From a virus (lineage: Duplodnaviria > Caudoviricetes), in IMG/VR virus record IMGVR_UViG_3300005841_000939: 64,000 nucleotides of DNA, one strand, 5' to 3'. Numbering within the stretch: the stretch's first letter is position 1; every line of letters begins with the position of its first letter. Shown here piece by piece: positions 18,543-28,735 of this stretch. The notes under the pieces are model-generated. The model did no database searches. It was not told where the DNA came from and was given only the letters and a program-made list of their open reading frames with translations. Both the position numbers and the translations under genes were made by a program.

Positions 18543-18631
18543 GGGCGAGTACCGGACTGTTCTTATAAAGCAGATTACCGTAATCGGTGGCGATAGTATC
18601 AATGTGGGTTCGAGTCCCACCTTGCCCACCA
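18543..18631 (+). tRNA. atypical tRNA-like element (UAU loop, no D-arm in normal position)
   Basis: 7 bp acceptor GGGCGAG/CTTGCCC, T-arm GTGGG-TTCGAGT-CCCAC, ACCA end; CTGTT-CTTATAA-AGCAG arm starts only 7 nt after the acceptor strand. Confidence 0.6.
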
Positions 18632-18665
18632 AAAAGGCGTTGATTTACTTCACTTGTATGATAAA

Positions 18666-18752
18666 CGGCTTGTGGCGGAATTGGCAGACGCGGGGGACTT
18701 AAAATCCCCTCCCAGCAATGGGGTGCGGGTTCGAGTCCCGCCGGGCCGACCA
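18666..18752 (+). tRNA. tRNA-Leu(UAA)
   Basis: cloverleaf with long variable arm, loop CT-TAA-AA, encoded CCA. Confidence 0.95.
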
Positions 18753-18761
18753 AATTAATAG

Positions 18762-18793
18762 AACCCATGTCAATGACAGGCATGGGTATTTTT
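18762..18793 (+). terminator. intrinsic terminator after tRNA cluster
   Basis: ACCCATG..CATGGGT then T-run. Confidence 0.75.
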
Positions 18794-18832
18794 ACCTTGT
18801 ATCTGAACCTTATTTGCTATTATAAAGTCATC

Positions 18833-19300
18833 ATGAACGAACCAATCACCCTGACCAATCCTCACGATGGCGAAAAATGGACTTCGGGCAAGCGTGGTCG
18901 CAAGCCGAAGTGGGTGACCGAAATGTTGGAAGGCAAAGTGCCAACCAAAATCGAAGAAGTGGTGAAGGTGGCAAAGGAACCATCTGAGAAGAAGGTGGCT
19001 GCTGAAAAGCCGGTTGAAGTGAAAGTGGAGCCGACTTCCTTCTGCTGGTGGTACAAAGGTGAGGATGATGACAGTGGCGTGAACTATGGCGCCAAGGTTC
19101 GCTGCTTCGTCCATGCGAAAAACTTCAAGGATGCTCTCGCTCTGCTCTCCGCAACGTTCAGCACTCCCGTTACGCAATATGAATTGCAAACGAAGTGGAA
19201 GGTTGGTAGTGATGCCGCTCTGACCCATAACGGGAGGTTTGGCGTCTGGAACTACATCAACGGCCAGTGGGTTGAACGCGAAGCCAAGAAACGCGCTTGA
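18833..19300 (+). CDS. protein with N-terminal H-NS-like DNA-binding motif
   Basis: TNPHDGEKWTSGKRGRKPKWV resembles the H-NS family TW(S/T)GxGRxPxW motif. Confidence 0.7.
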   Translation: MNEPITLTNPHDGEKWTSGKRGRKPKWVTEMLEGKVPTKIEEVVKVAKEPSEKKVAAEKPVEVKVEPTSFCWWYKGEDDDSGVNYGAKVRCFVHAKNFKDALALLSATFSTPVTQYELQTKWKVGSDAALTHNGRFGVWNYINGQWVEREAKKRA

Positions 19301-19332
19301 CATCGCAGTATCAATGACTTATCAATGAGGCC

Positions 19333-19581
19333 ATGAAGACATCTGCACTCGCTTTGACCCTTATCGCAAATAATGTGAAAGAGGACGAAGCGAATGCGAT
19401 GCTTTATGTGCTTGGTCATGATGGACATAAGGCATTGATGTCGCGGATCCCATTTTCCGTAATAGAAGATGGTAAGATTATCCGCAAGTGGAAGGTACAA
19501 GCGTATCTTCCTCAACATAAAGCACAGAAAATAAAGAAGGCAGTGAGGAACGCATGTTTGCCAGCATTAAGCGTTTCGTAA
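19333..19581 (+). CDS. hypothetical protein
   Basis: GAGG RBS. Confidence 0.6.
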   Translation: MKTSALALTLIANNVKEDEANAMLYVLGHDGHKALMSRIPFSVIEDGKIIRKWKVQAYLPQHKAQKIKKAVRNACLPALSVS

Positions 19582-19817
19582 AATACCTGCTGCATTGCAT
19601 TGATCAACTGGCGGATCAAGGAGAGTTTTGTAAGAAATTACCTTTGAAGAGTCAGGTATATTTCTATTCAGGCAAGCAAATTTATATTGGTGTCATCATG
19701 CATTATGATCCTGATGACAAACATGATATTCATTTCATGTATGAGAATAAACCGTGGCATATTATTTTGTCACACAATGCTGTAATTCCTTGCTGTATGG
19801 AATTGCAAAGCACTTAG
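19554..19817 (+). CDS. hypothetical protein
   Basis: GAGGA RBS. Confidence 0.55.
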   Translation: MFASIKRFVKYLLHCIDQLADQGEFCKKLPLKSQVYFYSGKQIYIGVIMHYDPDDKHDIHFMYENKPWHIILSHNAVIPCCMELQST

Positions 19818-19923
19818 TAACAAAAAGTGCTACTAGGAACAGCAAACAGACTATTGACGCTGAAATCTGTTTGCATACAGTGCTGAGTAATCCAATCAAT
19901 TAACCTTAAAGAAAGGGCATACC

Positions 19924-20535
19924 ATGCTCGAAGAAACCTCCCAAACGGTGGCTGAAGAAATTATTGCCGAAACTCCTGCCTTATCTGATGTGTCTGAAAC
20001 TGTTGAAAGTAATGAGGAGATGCAGGCGCGTATCATGCGTCGGAAAACAATCAATGCCGAAATAATACGTTCCCTCAAATCCAATCGCAAGATCAATAAA
20101 TGGATGACGGGATCCAGAGATTTTAACGAAGAAGATATTGTCCGTGATGAAGATGGAAACGAAGTAAAATCCGAATCACACAAAGAAGATAACAAATGGC
20201 CACAGCTTGAAGAAGTAGTAAACCCTGTCGGCACTCTTGAAATTCTGCTTGTGGTTGGCTGTTTGGAAGAGTTGACCCGTGTAGATCCAACGTGGGTTTA
20301 TTTGAAGAATGAACCATCATCAATAGTCAAACGTGTCAGAAAATGGTTGATCAATAATAACCAATCAATTATAGGTGCCTTTGAACATGGCTCCTTAACT
20401 TCTGCAATTGAATTCTGTAAAATCCGAGATGATAAATGGGGAATATGGGAATATCTCAGCACTCCTGAATCAACTGTTGAAGGATATTTCCCAGCAGAAA
20501 ATATTGTTGACAAGGTCCAAGATCCCGTACAGTAA
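19924..20535 (+). CDS. hypothetical acidic protein
   Basis: 203 aa; promoter TTGACG-N16-TACAGT upstream. Confidence 0.7.
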   Translation: MLEETSQTVAEEIIAETPALSDVSETVESNEEMQARIMRRKTINAEIIRSLKSNRKINKWMTGSRDFNEEDIVRDEDGNEVKSESHKEDNKWPQLEEVVNPVGTLEILLVVGCLEELTRVDPTWVYLKNEPSSIVKRVRKWLINNNQSIIGAFEHGSLTSAIEFCKIRDDKWGIWEYLSTPESTVEGYFPAENIVDKVQDPVQ

Positions 20536-20556
20536 AGGGATACAAGGGTTTATATC

Positions 20557-20976
20557 ATGGCTGAAACCATTCATCGTGTTCAGGAACTCGCTCATGCATT
20601 AGGGTTCACAAATGCCTTTGAGATGGTTCAGGCCCTGTATGAAAATGAAAAAGCGATTCGTGAATGCGGTGTGGAATTGATTTTGTATTATTCGCACAAC
20701 ATCACTTTTAGTTCACGGAATAATTGCGCACAACAACATCTTCCTAATGATAAACATCCATCACTTTCCTGGAGTGTTCCGATCCGAGAATATACTTGGT
20801 ATGCTCCTGGTAATCCTGATTCATTTATCTTTAAATCAATCAATGCTGATGGGGAAGAAGTATATACCGAACAATTCATCTTCGGATTTTCAAACTGCAA
20901 CAAAGAAGAAATAGAAAAAGCATTAGACACCTTAGACGATACAGTCTACCTCTCCAACAAAGAAACCACCAAATGA
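20557..20976 (+). CDS. hypothetical protein
   Basis: promoter TTGACA-N15-TACAGT at 20507-20533. Confidence 0.7.
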   Translation: MAETIHRVQELAHALGFTNAFEMVQALYENEKAIRECGVELILYYSHNITFSSRNNCAQQHLPNDKHPSLSWSVPIREYTWYAPGNPDSFIFKSINADGEEVYTEQFIFGFSNCNKEEIEKALDTLDDTVYLSNKETTK

Positions 20977-21410
20977 AAAAACTCCTCATTCTCATCGGCC
21001 CACCTGGCTCAGGCAAAAGCACATTCGCCAAAGAATATACGGCGAAGCTTGAAGCTGCGGGCAACAATTTCAGCATCCGTTCAACTGATGATCAGTTCAT
21101 GAAGGATGGCAAGTATTGTTTCGACCGCACCAAGTTGGGCCAATATCATCACAACAATATGATCCTGGCTGCAAAAGACATGGATTTGAATATTGATGTG
21201 GTGATCATCGACAACACCAACGTTAATCCCAGGGATTACAAAGTGTACATTGATGCTGCCAATTCGCGCGGCTACGAAGTTGAATATCACACGATGGATA
21301 CCGATTTGGATACGTGCTTGGCTCGCAATGCCACTCGTACACCCGATCGCAAAGTTCCTGATGATGTGGTCAAGCGCATGTGGGAAACTGTCAATAAACA
21401 AAACAAGTGA
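20973..21410 (+). CDS. P-loop kinase (AAA_33 / polynucleotide-kinase-like)
   Basis: GPPGSGKST Walker A, STDD, VIIDNTN, CLARN motifs. Confidence 0.9.
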   Translation: MKKLLILIGPPGSGKSTFAKEYTAKLEAAGNNFSIRSTDDQFMKDGKYCFDRTKLGQYHHNNMILAAKDMDLNIDVVIIDNTNVNPRDYKVYIDAANSRGYEVEYHTMDTDLDTCLARNATRTPDRKVPDDVVKRMWETVNKQNK

Positions 21411-21416
21411 TAGAAT

Positions 21417-21674
21417 TTGCTGATGAAGTTTTATCAGCCTATTCAAGACATCACTCAGGTTATCAAGGAGCCCTTCTTTAAAAAGAATGTGGCTCCGACA
21501 TTGCTTTCTGGTGGCGTCTTCATTTTCAATAAATTTGAAGATTCCTCAGAATATTTTGTAGTGATGGTGCGACAACACGACGAAATCAGCCAAATACCTC
21601 CCTCAAGACCTAGCAATTGGTTCTTGACTGAGGAAGATATACCGATAAATAATGATCATCATGAAGAAGACTAA
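21417..21674 (+). CDS. hypothetical protein
   Basis: 85 aa ORF. Confidence 0.55.
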   Translation: MLMKFYQPIQDITQVIKEPFFKKNVAPTLLSGGVFIFNKFEDSSEYFVVMVRQHDEISQIPPSRPSNWFLTEEDIPINNDHHEED

Positions 21675-21810
21675 GGAAATAAAGGGAGCTAATAGAGAAG
21701 TTCGCCAAGAAATGATCCGTAAGCACGGTGATTCTTGGAAAGTTCCTGCTCCCAAAGTCTTCAGAGATAAGAAGCGTGAAGCTAGCCGACGCTGGAATTC
21801 TGACGATTAA
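21661..21810 (+). CDS. 49 aa basic peptide
   Basis: MKKTKEIKGANREVRQEMIRKHG..; below track cutoff. Confidence 0.5.
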   Translation: MKKTKEIKGANREVRQEMIRKHGDSWKVPAPKVFRDKKREASRRWNSDD

Positions 21811-21970
21811 TCCAGAGTTCCTTGGCTGTCTCAGCCATAAACTTTGTTCGAGTAAGCTTTTCTAATGCATCTGTGAAGTGTTCACAGTCAAAGCTTTCCT
21901 CCATGATGCCAGTAATCATTTCCTCTGATAGGCCAGTTTCGGATGATAGCTGGGTTAAATGAGAACTCAT
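21782..21970 (-). CDS. small hypothetical protein
   Basis: own minus-strand promoter TTGACA-N15-TAGAAT (22006-21980) and GGAG RBS. Confidence 0.7.
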   Translation of the reverse strand: MSSHLTQLSSETGLSEEMITGIMEESFDCEHFTDALEKLTRTKFMAETAKELWINRQNSSVG

Positions 21971-22142
21971 CAGGTCTCCATTCTAAGAACGCTTGGCATG
22001 TGTCAACAATACCTTCTTAACATGCATTTAAGCCTAGTCAAGAATTACCTTAGTATCTGATTAGACCTAAAAATGTTTATTGCTTTTTCACCTTAAGTCT
22101 TTACAGTCATCAACATACCAATCATACAGAAAGCGAATAATC

Positions 22143-24488
22143 ATGCTTGTAGCAACCAAGTCGGAACAAGTCGGTCGCCATGGGGAAATGAAAGTTTCCA
22201 CTCTGACCATCGATAATCCTGGCATGATGCTTGCGCACATGTTTGATACGATCTATACCAACAAGGCAAAAATCGTTGTTCAGGAGATCGCTTGCAATTG
22301 TCGCGATGCTCACAGAGAAGTAGGAAAGGCTGATGTTCCGATTACCATCAAGCTGCCGAACAAGCTTGACACTTCTTTGCAGTTCATTGATGAGGGTCCA
22401 GGCCTTTCTCCCCAACGAATCGATGCGATATACAACAGTGTCGGTGCATCTACCAAGCGCGGCAGCAACGATCAAACTGGCGGGTTTGGTATCGGATCAA
22501 AAACTCCTTGGTCCCTGACCAACATGTTCCTGGTCAAGACAACTGCCTGGGAAGGAGAAGGTGAAAATCGCGAATTGGTATATCGCGAATACACCATGCT
22601 CCGTGAAGGATTATTTTTCACTTGCAATCAAACTGGTGATCCTGAAGTGAAGGACCCTGCTCTGAATAAGAGCGGCACCATTATTGAAATGCAACTGGAG
22701 GAAAAGGAATGGCAGAATATTGAATCAGAAATTCAGAAAATCTTTATCTCATGGGATCCCAAGCCAAATATCCTTGGTTATTCTAGCGGTGAATGGGTTT
22801 GGAAAACCAGACTTGATCCGCTGTTTGAGGGAAAAGGTTGGAAAGTTTACAATGGTCAGGCTTATTACAATCACACGCATGTCTTCATGGACAATATTCC
22901 ATATCCGTTGGATTGGAGCGCAATGGAAACTGCGTTTGTCAGCTTGATGACTGATGTTTCAATTCCTGGAACTGCCACGGAAGAAATGAATGACATCGTC
23001 ATCAATAAGAACAATGATCCGATGACAAGTGCAAGAATTCGCACGTTGTGGCATCAGGCAGCAATCCTGCAAAATGTAACTTGCGGATTGTTCTTCAAGA
23101 CGGGTGAACTGGATCCCGCATTGAATCGTGAATCGTTGCAGTATACCCCTCAGACTGTTCGGCGCATTGTGGCTCGCATGTTGGCTGCAACTCAAATCAT
23201 CCTCACCACATATCAGAAAAAGGTTGAAGCTGCACCAACGTATGTTGCTGCATTGACCATGTGGAAGGAGTTGGCCAGCAACGTTATCAGAAATCTTATT
23301 TCAGGTTCGCGTGCCAACTGGCGGGGACTGCCTCTGAATACTGCCATGACGATTCACTTCCCTGAATCAGTCATTGTAAACAAAGTGATGCTCCGCAGTA
23401 ATTATAGCCGTCGCGCCAAGTTTTCAATGCGGCAAGAGGAAAGCATCAAACTGGAGGGAATTGATCAAAAGAAGCAAATTTTCGTCAACACTGGCTACAA
23501 CGAACGCAATGTACGCCATTACATGGAGCAAAATAACTTTGGTGGAAATAGCTATGACAGGGAATGCTTATATTTCCTGAGCTTCAAGCCAGGGTTCTCT
23601 GATCGTACTCTTCCACTCCCTGACATTGATGCTAAGGTCATGGAAGAAAGGTTCTTCAAGTCTGATCTATGGGTCGGTTTGGAACATGGTGGCAACAGTG
23701 ATCAGTTCCCGAAAAGGCCGATTATCAGAAATTCAGCAACGGGAAGTCGCGGACCGAAGAAGGATCCCCTCGCTGCCAATATATGGAATTCTGGTTTGAA
23801 GAAATTCCATGCATCTGATGTGATGCTGTCAGTTGACGAGGAAGATGAATCTGAGGATGCCGATCAAAAGGACATCGTCTATGTCTTGACTTTCCGAAAG
23901 GACTGCAACGAATTCAATGGCGACCAATTGAATACGTTGGAACATGCATTGAACATTTCCATCTATGGCGTTTCGGAACGCTTGAAGCATCGCATCCCTG
24001 ATCATTGGGTATCACTTGGGGAAAAGGCACGTGAATGGTTGTCTCAACAGCCTTTGGATTCAACTATCGCCGAATACATTCGCAAGCGCAATATCAATTC
24101 GGTGATGATCAATGCTTGCAAGGATATTTCTGCATCATTTGCAAGCATCATGGCAGATCCGGATTTGGAACAACTTGTCACTGCACCCGATTGGATTGAA
24201 ATGGCCCGTCTCTTCAAGACGACATTCAATTCAGAAACTCAATTGGATACGACTCCTGAATCCAATATCCTCAAGAAAATCAAGGACGTCAACAAAGTCC
24301 TGAGCAATCCACTGACGATTCCCGATATGCCTGAAGCAGAAGAAACCTCTCCTGAAGCAGAAGCTTTGAAAGCTCTGGTTGAAAAGTATTACTTGGTGAG
24401 GCAGGCTGCTGCAAGCTATACGCTTGATGCAACAGTGCTCAATCGCATCATTCCAGACCTGGCTATCTTCATTAATGCCAAAGGATAA
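22143..24488 (+). CDS. rIIA: rIIA-like protein (GHKL ATPase N-terminus)
   Basis: IYTNKAKIVVQEIACNCRDAH, DEGPGLS, STKRGSNDQTGGFGIGSK motifs; upstream of rIIB. Confidence 0.9.
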   Translation: MLVATKSEQVGRHGEMKVSTLTIDNPGMMLAHMFDTIYTNKAKIVVQEIACNCRDAHREVGKADVPITIKLPNKLDTSLQFIDEGPGLSPQRIDAIYNSVGASTKRGSNDQTGGFGIGSKTPWSLTNMFLVKTTAWEGEGENRELVYREYTMLREGLFFTCNQTGDPEVKDPALNKSGTIIEMQLEEKEWQNIESEIQKIFISWDPKPNILGYSSGEWVWKTRLDPLFEGKGWKVYNGQAYYNHTHVFMDNIPYPLDWSAMETAFVSLMTDVSIPGTATEEMNDIVINKNNDPMTSARIRTLWHQAAILQNVTCGLFFKTGELDPALNRESLQYTPQTVRRIVARMLAATQIILTTYQKKVEAAPTYVAALTMWKELASNVIRNLISGSRANWRGLPLNTAMTIHFPESVIVNKVMLRSNYSRRAKFSMRQEESIKLEGIDQKKQIFVNTGYNERNVRHYMEQNNFGGNSYDRECLYFLSFKPGFSDRTLPLPDIDAKVMEERFFKSDLWVGLEHGGNSDQFPKRPIIRNSATGSRGPKKDPLAANIWNSGLKKFHASDVMLSVDEEDESEDADQKDIVYVLTFRKDCNEFNGDQLNTLEHALNISIYGVSERLKHRIPDHWVSLGEKAREWLSQQPLDSTIAEYIRKRNINSVMINACKDISASFASIMADPDLEQLVTAPDWIEMARLFKTTFNSETQLDTTPESNILKKIKDVNKVLSNPLTIPDMPEAEETSPEAEALKALVEKYYLVRQAAASYTLDATVLNRIIPDLAIFINAKG

Positions 24489-24555
24489 GGTTTGACATTG
24501 CTGTCCCCTTATGTAGAATCAACCCATACAACCAACCCAACCTTGGATCACAGTC

Positions 24556-25488
24556 ATGTCAAAGAACAAGCGCAAAATCATCCTCACTGAGAACCAGGTG
24601 GCACTGACCATCAAGGGGCAGACGAGAACCATCAACAAGAAACATCCTGCATTCAAAAAGGTGCTGGACCTCATTCACGTCGGTGGCAGTGATGAAGACC
24701 TGTTGAAGGCCATCGAACCCGTCAAAGCCATCAACACCAGCAAGAAGGCTGCGAATTGGGGCATCAAGGTGGTGGATGGTTCCATCAAAATGCAGGAAGA
24801 GGTGCTGCCCGCTGATATTGCGGATACCATTCTCGAATTCAAAGCTGCAAACGAACCGTTCGAACCGCTGGTGAAGTTCTACGAGAACTGCAAGCTGAAT
24901 CCTGATGTGCGTGTCAAGGAAGGTCTCTTCCGGTTCTTGAAGGCTCATCGCTTCCCTCTGACGGAAGATGGTTGCTTCATCGGCTATCGCAAAGTCGCAA
25001 ACGACTTCAAGGACTTCTATACTGGCAAGCTCGACTTCTCCCCCGGCCAGACTGTGACCTTGGATCGCAGTCTTTGCGATTCGGACAATAACAATACGTG
25101 CTCCCGTGGTTTGCACGTCGCCAACTTCCGCTATGCGAAGGAAGTCTATCATCCTGGCTCCGGCAAGATGATCAACGTCAAGATCAATCCCCGTGATGTG
25201 GTCGCATTCCCAACGGACTATCATTTCGAGAAAATGCGCGTGTGCGCAATGTACGTCATCGGCGAGAATGGTACCAGCGAAGCTGATGCCCAAGAATATC
25301 AGGAGCTGTTCAAGCAGCAGAATCCTGATTGGAAAAAGAATGACAAGGACGTTGACGAAGCTGAGGAAGAAGACATCGAAACTGGTGCTGTCAGTGTCAA
25401 GGGCAATCCCCAGGATGCTGTCGAAATTCCGGTCTGGATGTCACAGAAGCGTGACGCTCGCGGTCGCTTCGGCAAGGTCAAGAAGTAA
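24556..25488 (+). CDS. rIIB: rIIB-like protein
   Basis: LTEDGCFIGYRKV, CSRGLHV, VKINPRDVVAFPTDY..KMRVC motifs; own promoter TTGACA-N16-TAGAAT (24492-24519). Confidence 0.92.
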   Translation: MSKNKRKIILTENQVALTIKGQTRTINKKHPAFKKVLDLIHVGGSDEDLLKAIEPVKAINTSKKAANWGIKVVDGSIKMQEEVLPADIADTILEFKAANEPFEPLVKFYENCKLNPDVRVKEGLFRFLKAHRFPLTEDGCFIGYRKVANDFKDFYTGKLDFSPGQTVTLDRSLCDSDNNNTCSRGLHVANFRYAKEVYHPGSGKMINVKINPRDVVAFPTDYHFEKMRVCAMYVIGENGTSEADAQEYQELFKQQNPDWKKNDKDVDEAEEEDIETGAVSVKGNPQDAVEIPVWMSQKRDARGRFGKVKK

Positions 25489-25545
25489 GAAATTGACTGG
25501 CAAAGTATTTCACATATAAGTGTGAAGCTTTGCCAGTCCCCACAA

Positions 25546-25621
25546 GTACCTGTAGCTCAGTCGGAAGAGCGACAACCTTCTAAGTTGTTGGTCGTAGGTT
25601 CGAGTCCTACCAGGTATACCA
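25546..25621 (+). tRNA. tRNA-Arg(UCU)
   Basis: full cloverleaf, loop CT-TCT-AA, encoded CCA. Confidence 0.95.
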
Positions 25622-25638
25622 CCACAAGGAATCACATC

Positions 25639-26076
25639 ATGGCTATCGCCATTTCCCGTCTCTCAACCAATACCGCATTCTTCTATCTGCGTCATCAATT
25701 GATGCATAAGGGAGTGTTGAGCAAACATCGCATCGGTGCAATTGCCATCGCTCCAAGTACCGATCCGAATAAAATCATCGTCAGCATCTTCATCGCAAAT
25801 CCCAACAAGAAGGTTCAGCCATCGTACATGAAGACCGCTGCGATCGGTCGCCTCAACTCGACAAAAAAGTTCGTTGAGGTTGACATTAGCAGGGGCAATG
25901 ATGGTGAACTGGATGCTGAAGCAACGATGAGTTCGATCATCTCGTTGGTTGGTATCAGCGAATGGCTTGACACCAAATATGGTGTTACTGATGAAAATCA
26001 GTTCGCTGATCTGTGGACTTCTGGCCTTGCTGGAGCGTATAAAAATATGCTCAAGAGTGAAAAAGCTACTGCTTAA
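25639..26076 (+). CDS. hypothetical protein
   Basis: AAGGA RBS directly after tRNA. Confidence 0.75.
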   Translation: MAIAISRLSTNTAFFYLRHQLMHKGVLSKHRIGAIAIAPSTDPNKIIVSIFIANPNKKVQPSYMKTAAIGRLNSTKKFVEVDISRGNDGELDAEATMSSIISLVGISEWLDTKYGVTDENQFADLWTSGLAGAYKNMLKSEKATA

Positions 26077-26102
26077 TTCACGCGTCAATCGGCTTTGACT
26101 CT

Positions 26103-26132
26103 GACCCACTGGAGGGCTTCCAGTGGGTTTTT
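26103..26132 (+). terminator. intrinsic terminator
   Basis: ACCCACTGGA..TCCAGTGGGT then TTTTT. Confidence 0.85.
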
Positions 26133-26258
26133 TGCCGTGCAATGTGAATGATTCTTACCACAACTTAATGAATAGTCCGCATTACCAAATTTAAGTTTGA
26201 CTATTTGATCATATTGGTGTATATTAATCACTGAAATACGTAACTAGAACACTTCATA

Positions 26259-26528
26259 ATGACTTACACCAACTTAGATAAAGCTGCACTCACCAATCTT
26301 TATGCTTTGGCTGGCATTTGGCACATGCTCCAAGAATCAACCAGGGAGGACTTTCAAGAAAACCTCAGTCTACATCATGATGTTTTAAAAGACATCATTA
26401 AGGAATTAGTCTCTTATCAAGGTGATAACCAGGAGATTAAGAATGGCATCAGAATCAACCTAAGTCATGTATCAGAGCTTGAAGCATTTTGCTCAGGCAT
26501 TTCAAGTCTCATTCCAGCATCCACATAA
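26259..26528 (+). CDS. hypothetical protein
   Basis: 89 aa ORF after TTGACT-N17-TATATT. Confidence 0.65.
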   Translation: MTYTNLDKAALTNLYALAGIWHMLQESTREDFQENLSLHHDVLKDIIKELVSYQGDNQEIKNGIRINLSHVSELEAFCSGISSLIPAST

Positions 26529-26551
26529 CATATTACCTAAAAGGTACTATC

Positions 26552-27013
26552 ATGTCATTGAACGACCGCAACCCTTCTTCAAATATCCATCCCCTTCTGC
26601 ACGCCAAGCGCCAGAGAGTCATGCAGAAGGAATATTACTTAGTCAATCTTCGTACAGGTGAACGGCTTATCGTGAAAGCTCCTCGTGGGCCTGGAATTAA
26701 TGAAGATTGGCAGAATCCGATGAATGAGAAAGGAGAGTATATTCGCATCTTTAGAATAATCAATTTCAACAATATTAAAGTGTTTACTCGGCCAGCAATT
26801 GCTATGTTCCATATGCCGGGAACTCTCCCGAGAACCACTGATTCCGTCAATGGTGATATTTGGGCTGTGCAAGAGATTCCTGGAATCCGTGCTCCAAAAC
26901 CAAGAACCAAAATCAGTTTGATTCCCGCAGAACAAGTCAGCTTTGCAACTGCTACTCGTTCAGAATCATCTGTAAAGAAGACGGGCGATACTGGAATATT
27001 TACAGTATCGTAA
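26552..27013 (+). CDS. hypothetical protein
   Basis: AAGGT RBS; terminator follows. Confidence 0.7.
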   Translation: MSLNDRNPSSNIHPLLHAKRQRVMQKEYYLVNLRTGERLIVKAPRGPGINEDWQNPMNEKGEYIRIFRIINFNNIKVFTRPAIAMFHMPGTLPRTTDSVNGDIWAVQEIPGIRAPKPRTKISLIPAEQVSFATATRSESSVKKTGDTGIFTVS

Positions 27014-27035
27014 TCAACAATTCATATGTTGAGGG

Positions 27036-27066
27036 AAATGGGGTCTTAACTAGGCCCCATTTTTTT
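27036..27066 (+). terminator. intrinsic terminator
   Basis: AATGGGGTCT..AGGCCCCATT then T-run. Confidence 0.8.
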
Positions 27067-27173
27067 ACCTCTAGATCACTGTTGACAGGGGTTAGCATCT
27101 GAGTATAAATCAGGAATCATCAATAGCGAAGCAACCCTACTTCGTAAACACACCACTGACAAGGAAATCCTCC

Positions 27174-27803
27174 ATGGCCAAAATTCTGAGAATCCTGAAC
27201 AAGGACTACAAACTGGTAAACCAGGCTGATCCGTCCCAACACATCATCGTTCATCGCGTCTCTCAGGAGATGGGTGAGAATCGCCTCAAGCCCAAGAACG
27301 CTACGGACACCTGGAAGAAGATGTATAACGTGGTGGACAACTGCGGCATCACCAAGTGGCCCAACGGCACCAAGATCCAGCTTCAAAACAAGCCTGGCGC
27401 TGCCGGTGCTGTCGCTGAATGGCCCTGGATCATCGATTCGGACAACGCCAAGTGGATCATGGAGGAAATCCCCGAGGTCGCAGAAGTCAAGGTCAGCACT
27501 GGCACTGGCAAGCGTGGTCGCCCCCCTGGCTCGAAGAACAAAGCCAAGGTCGCTGCTCCCGTCGCTCAGGTCAATGCCCCTGTCGCTGATACCACCCCTG
27601 CTGACACTACGCCAGCCGCTGCTGATGCGATTCCCGCAGATACCAAGATCGAGGAACCCATCGCCACGGCGACTGATGAGGCAACTGCTGCCACGGATGC
27701 AGTTCAGCCGGTCGCTGAGGTTGAAGTTCCCAAGACCGAGACTGCCATCATGAATGGCGATGGAACTCCTGCTGTTGAAGATGCTTCCGCTGCCCAGGCG
27801 TAA
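27174..27803 (+). CDS. AT-hook protein with acidic A/T/P-rich tail
   Basis: GKRGRPPGSKNK canonical AT-hook. Confidence 0.75.
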   Translation: MAKILRILNKDYKLVNQADPSQHIIVHRVSQEMGENRLKPKNATDTWKKMYNVVDNCGITKWPNGTKIQLQNKPGAAGAVAEWPWIIDSDNAKWIMEEIPEVAEVKVSTGTGKRGRPPGSKNKAKVAAPVAQVNAPVADTTPADTTPAAADAIPADTKIEEPIATATDEATAATDAVQPVAEVEVPKTETAIMNGDGTPAVEDASAAQA

Positions 27804-27894
27804 ATATCCCAACAACTTAAGGTCTTGACTGGACCCTTGGTGATGCTATATTTAGCAAAGCCAAGGGTCTAACTTTTTAAGGTCTGCCGCCATC

Positions 27895-28485
27895 ATGCGC
27901 TTCATCACTCTCAAAGAATGCCAAGATGTTTTGAATGAAGCTGCACGTGCCTTTCAGAATTCAAATACATCTGATAAAGCAAAAAGGGCTGTGGCAAATA
28001 CCCAATACACATTGTTGCTAGAATACAAAAACAAGAGGAATAACTTCGGCCAATGTCAGTGGGACCGAGAAACTAATACTCATGGAATCCTCATTAATGG
28101 TTCGTTAATGAGCAATATGAGTAAAGAGGACTTCCAAGATACATGCAGGCACGAATTCGCCCATTTCATCGTTCATGCATTGTGTTCGGCAAATCTTTTG
28201 AAAAAGAATGTCCGTTCACATGGTGCTGAATGGAAAGCAGTATGCCTGCTTGTTGGTGCTCGGCCTCGTACTCATACCAAATCTGCCAAAGCAGGTGTAT
28301 GCGGTCTTGCAGGGTATCTCATTGATAACAAGAAGAACAAGATACATGCTATCTCCCTCAAGACACTGAATAAATGGAAAAAGAAAGGGGCATTCAAATC
28401 TGGAAGATGGACTATCAAAGCCGCAGACCGTTCTGAAATCATGGATCCAAAAATCTTCAAAGACCTTGAGAAATTCAAGCTCTAA
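27895..28485 (+). CDS. SprT-like zinc metalloprotease
   Basis: HEFAH zincin motif, HGAEWK motif. Confidence 0.88.
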   Translation: MRFITLKECQDVLNEAARAFQNSNTSDKAKRAVANTQYTLLLEYKNKRNNFGQCQWDRETNTHGILINGSLMSNMSKEDFQDTCRHEFAHFIVHALCSANLLKKNVRSHGAEWKAVCLLVGARPRTHTKSAKAGVCGLAGYLIDNKKNKIHAISLKTLNKWKKKGAFKSGRWTIKAADRSEIMDPKIFKDLEKFKL

Positions 28486-28495
28486 AGGACACATC

Positions 28496-28735
28496 ATGGC
28501 CACCAATATCTTCATGTGCAAAAACGGAGCGTACTGCTGCGTGGTTGCTGCCAGAACTGAGGGTTCTGCACTCCGTCAGGCTCGAAACATCATGGATGCT
28601 CATCATGTTCAGGTCTGTCCAGCAACCGTTGAGGATGTTAATCATGTGATTGGCATGGGAAGTCATATTCACAACATGACCGAAAAACAGGTCAATAAAT
28701 GGCTCAAAAAGAATGAGGTGGAACATGCAGGATGA
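28496..28735 (+). CDS. hypothetical protein
   Basis: AAGGA RBS. Confidence 0.65.
   Translation: MATNIFMCKNGAYCCVVAARTEGSALRQARNIMDAHHVQVCPATVEDVNHVIGMGSHIHNMTEKQVNKWLKKNEVEHAG

Noticed and set aside
24559-27815. Minus-strand ORFs 24559-25293 and 27120-27815
   Set aside because: Antisense shadows of rIIB and the AT-hook gene.
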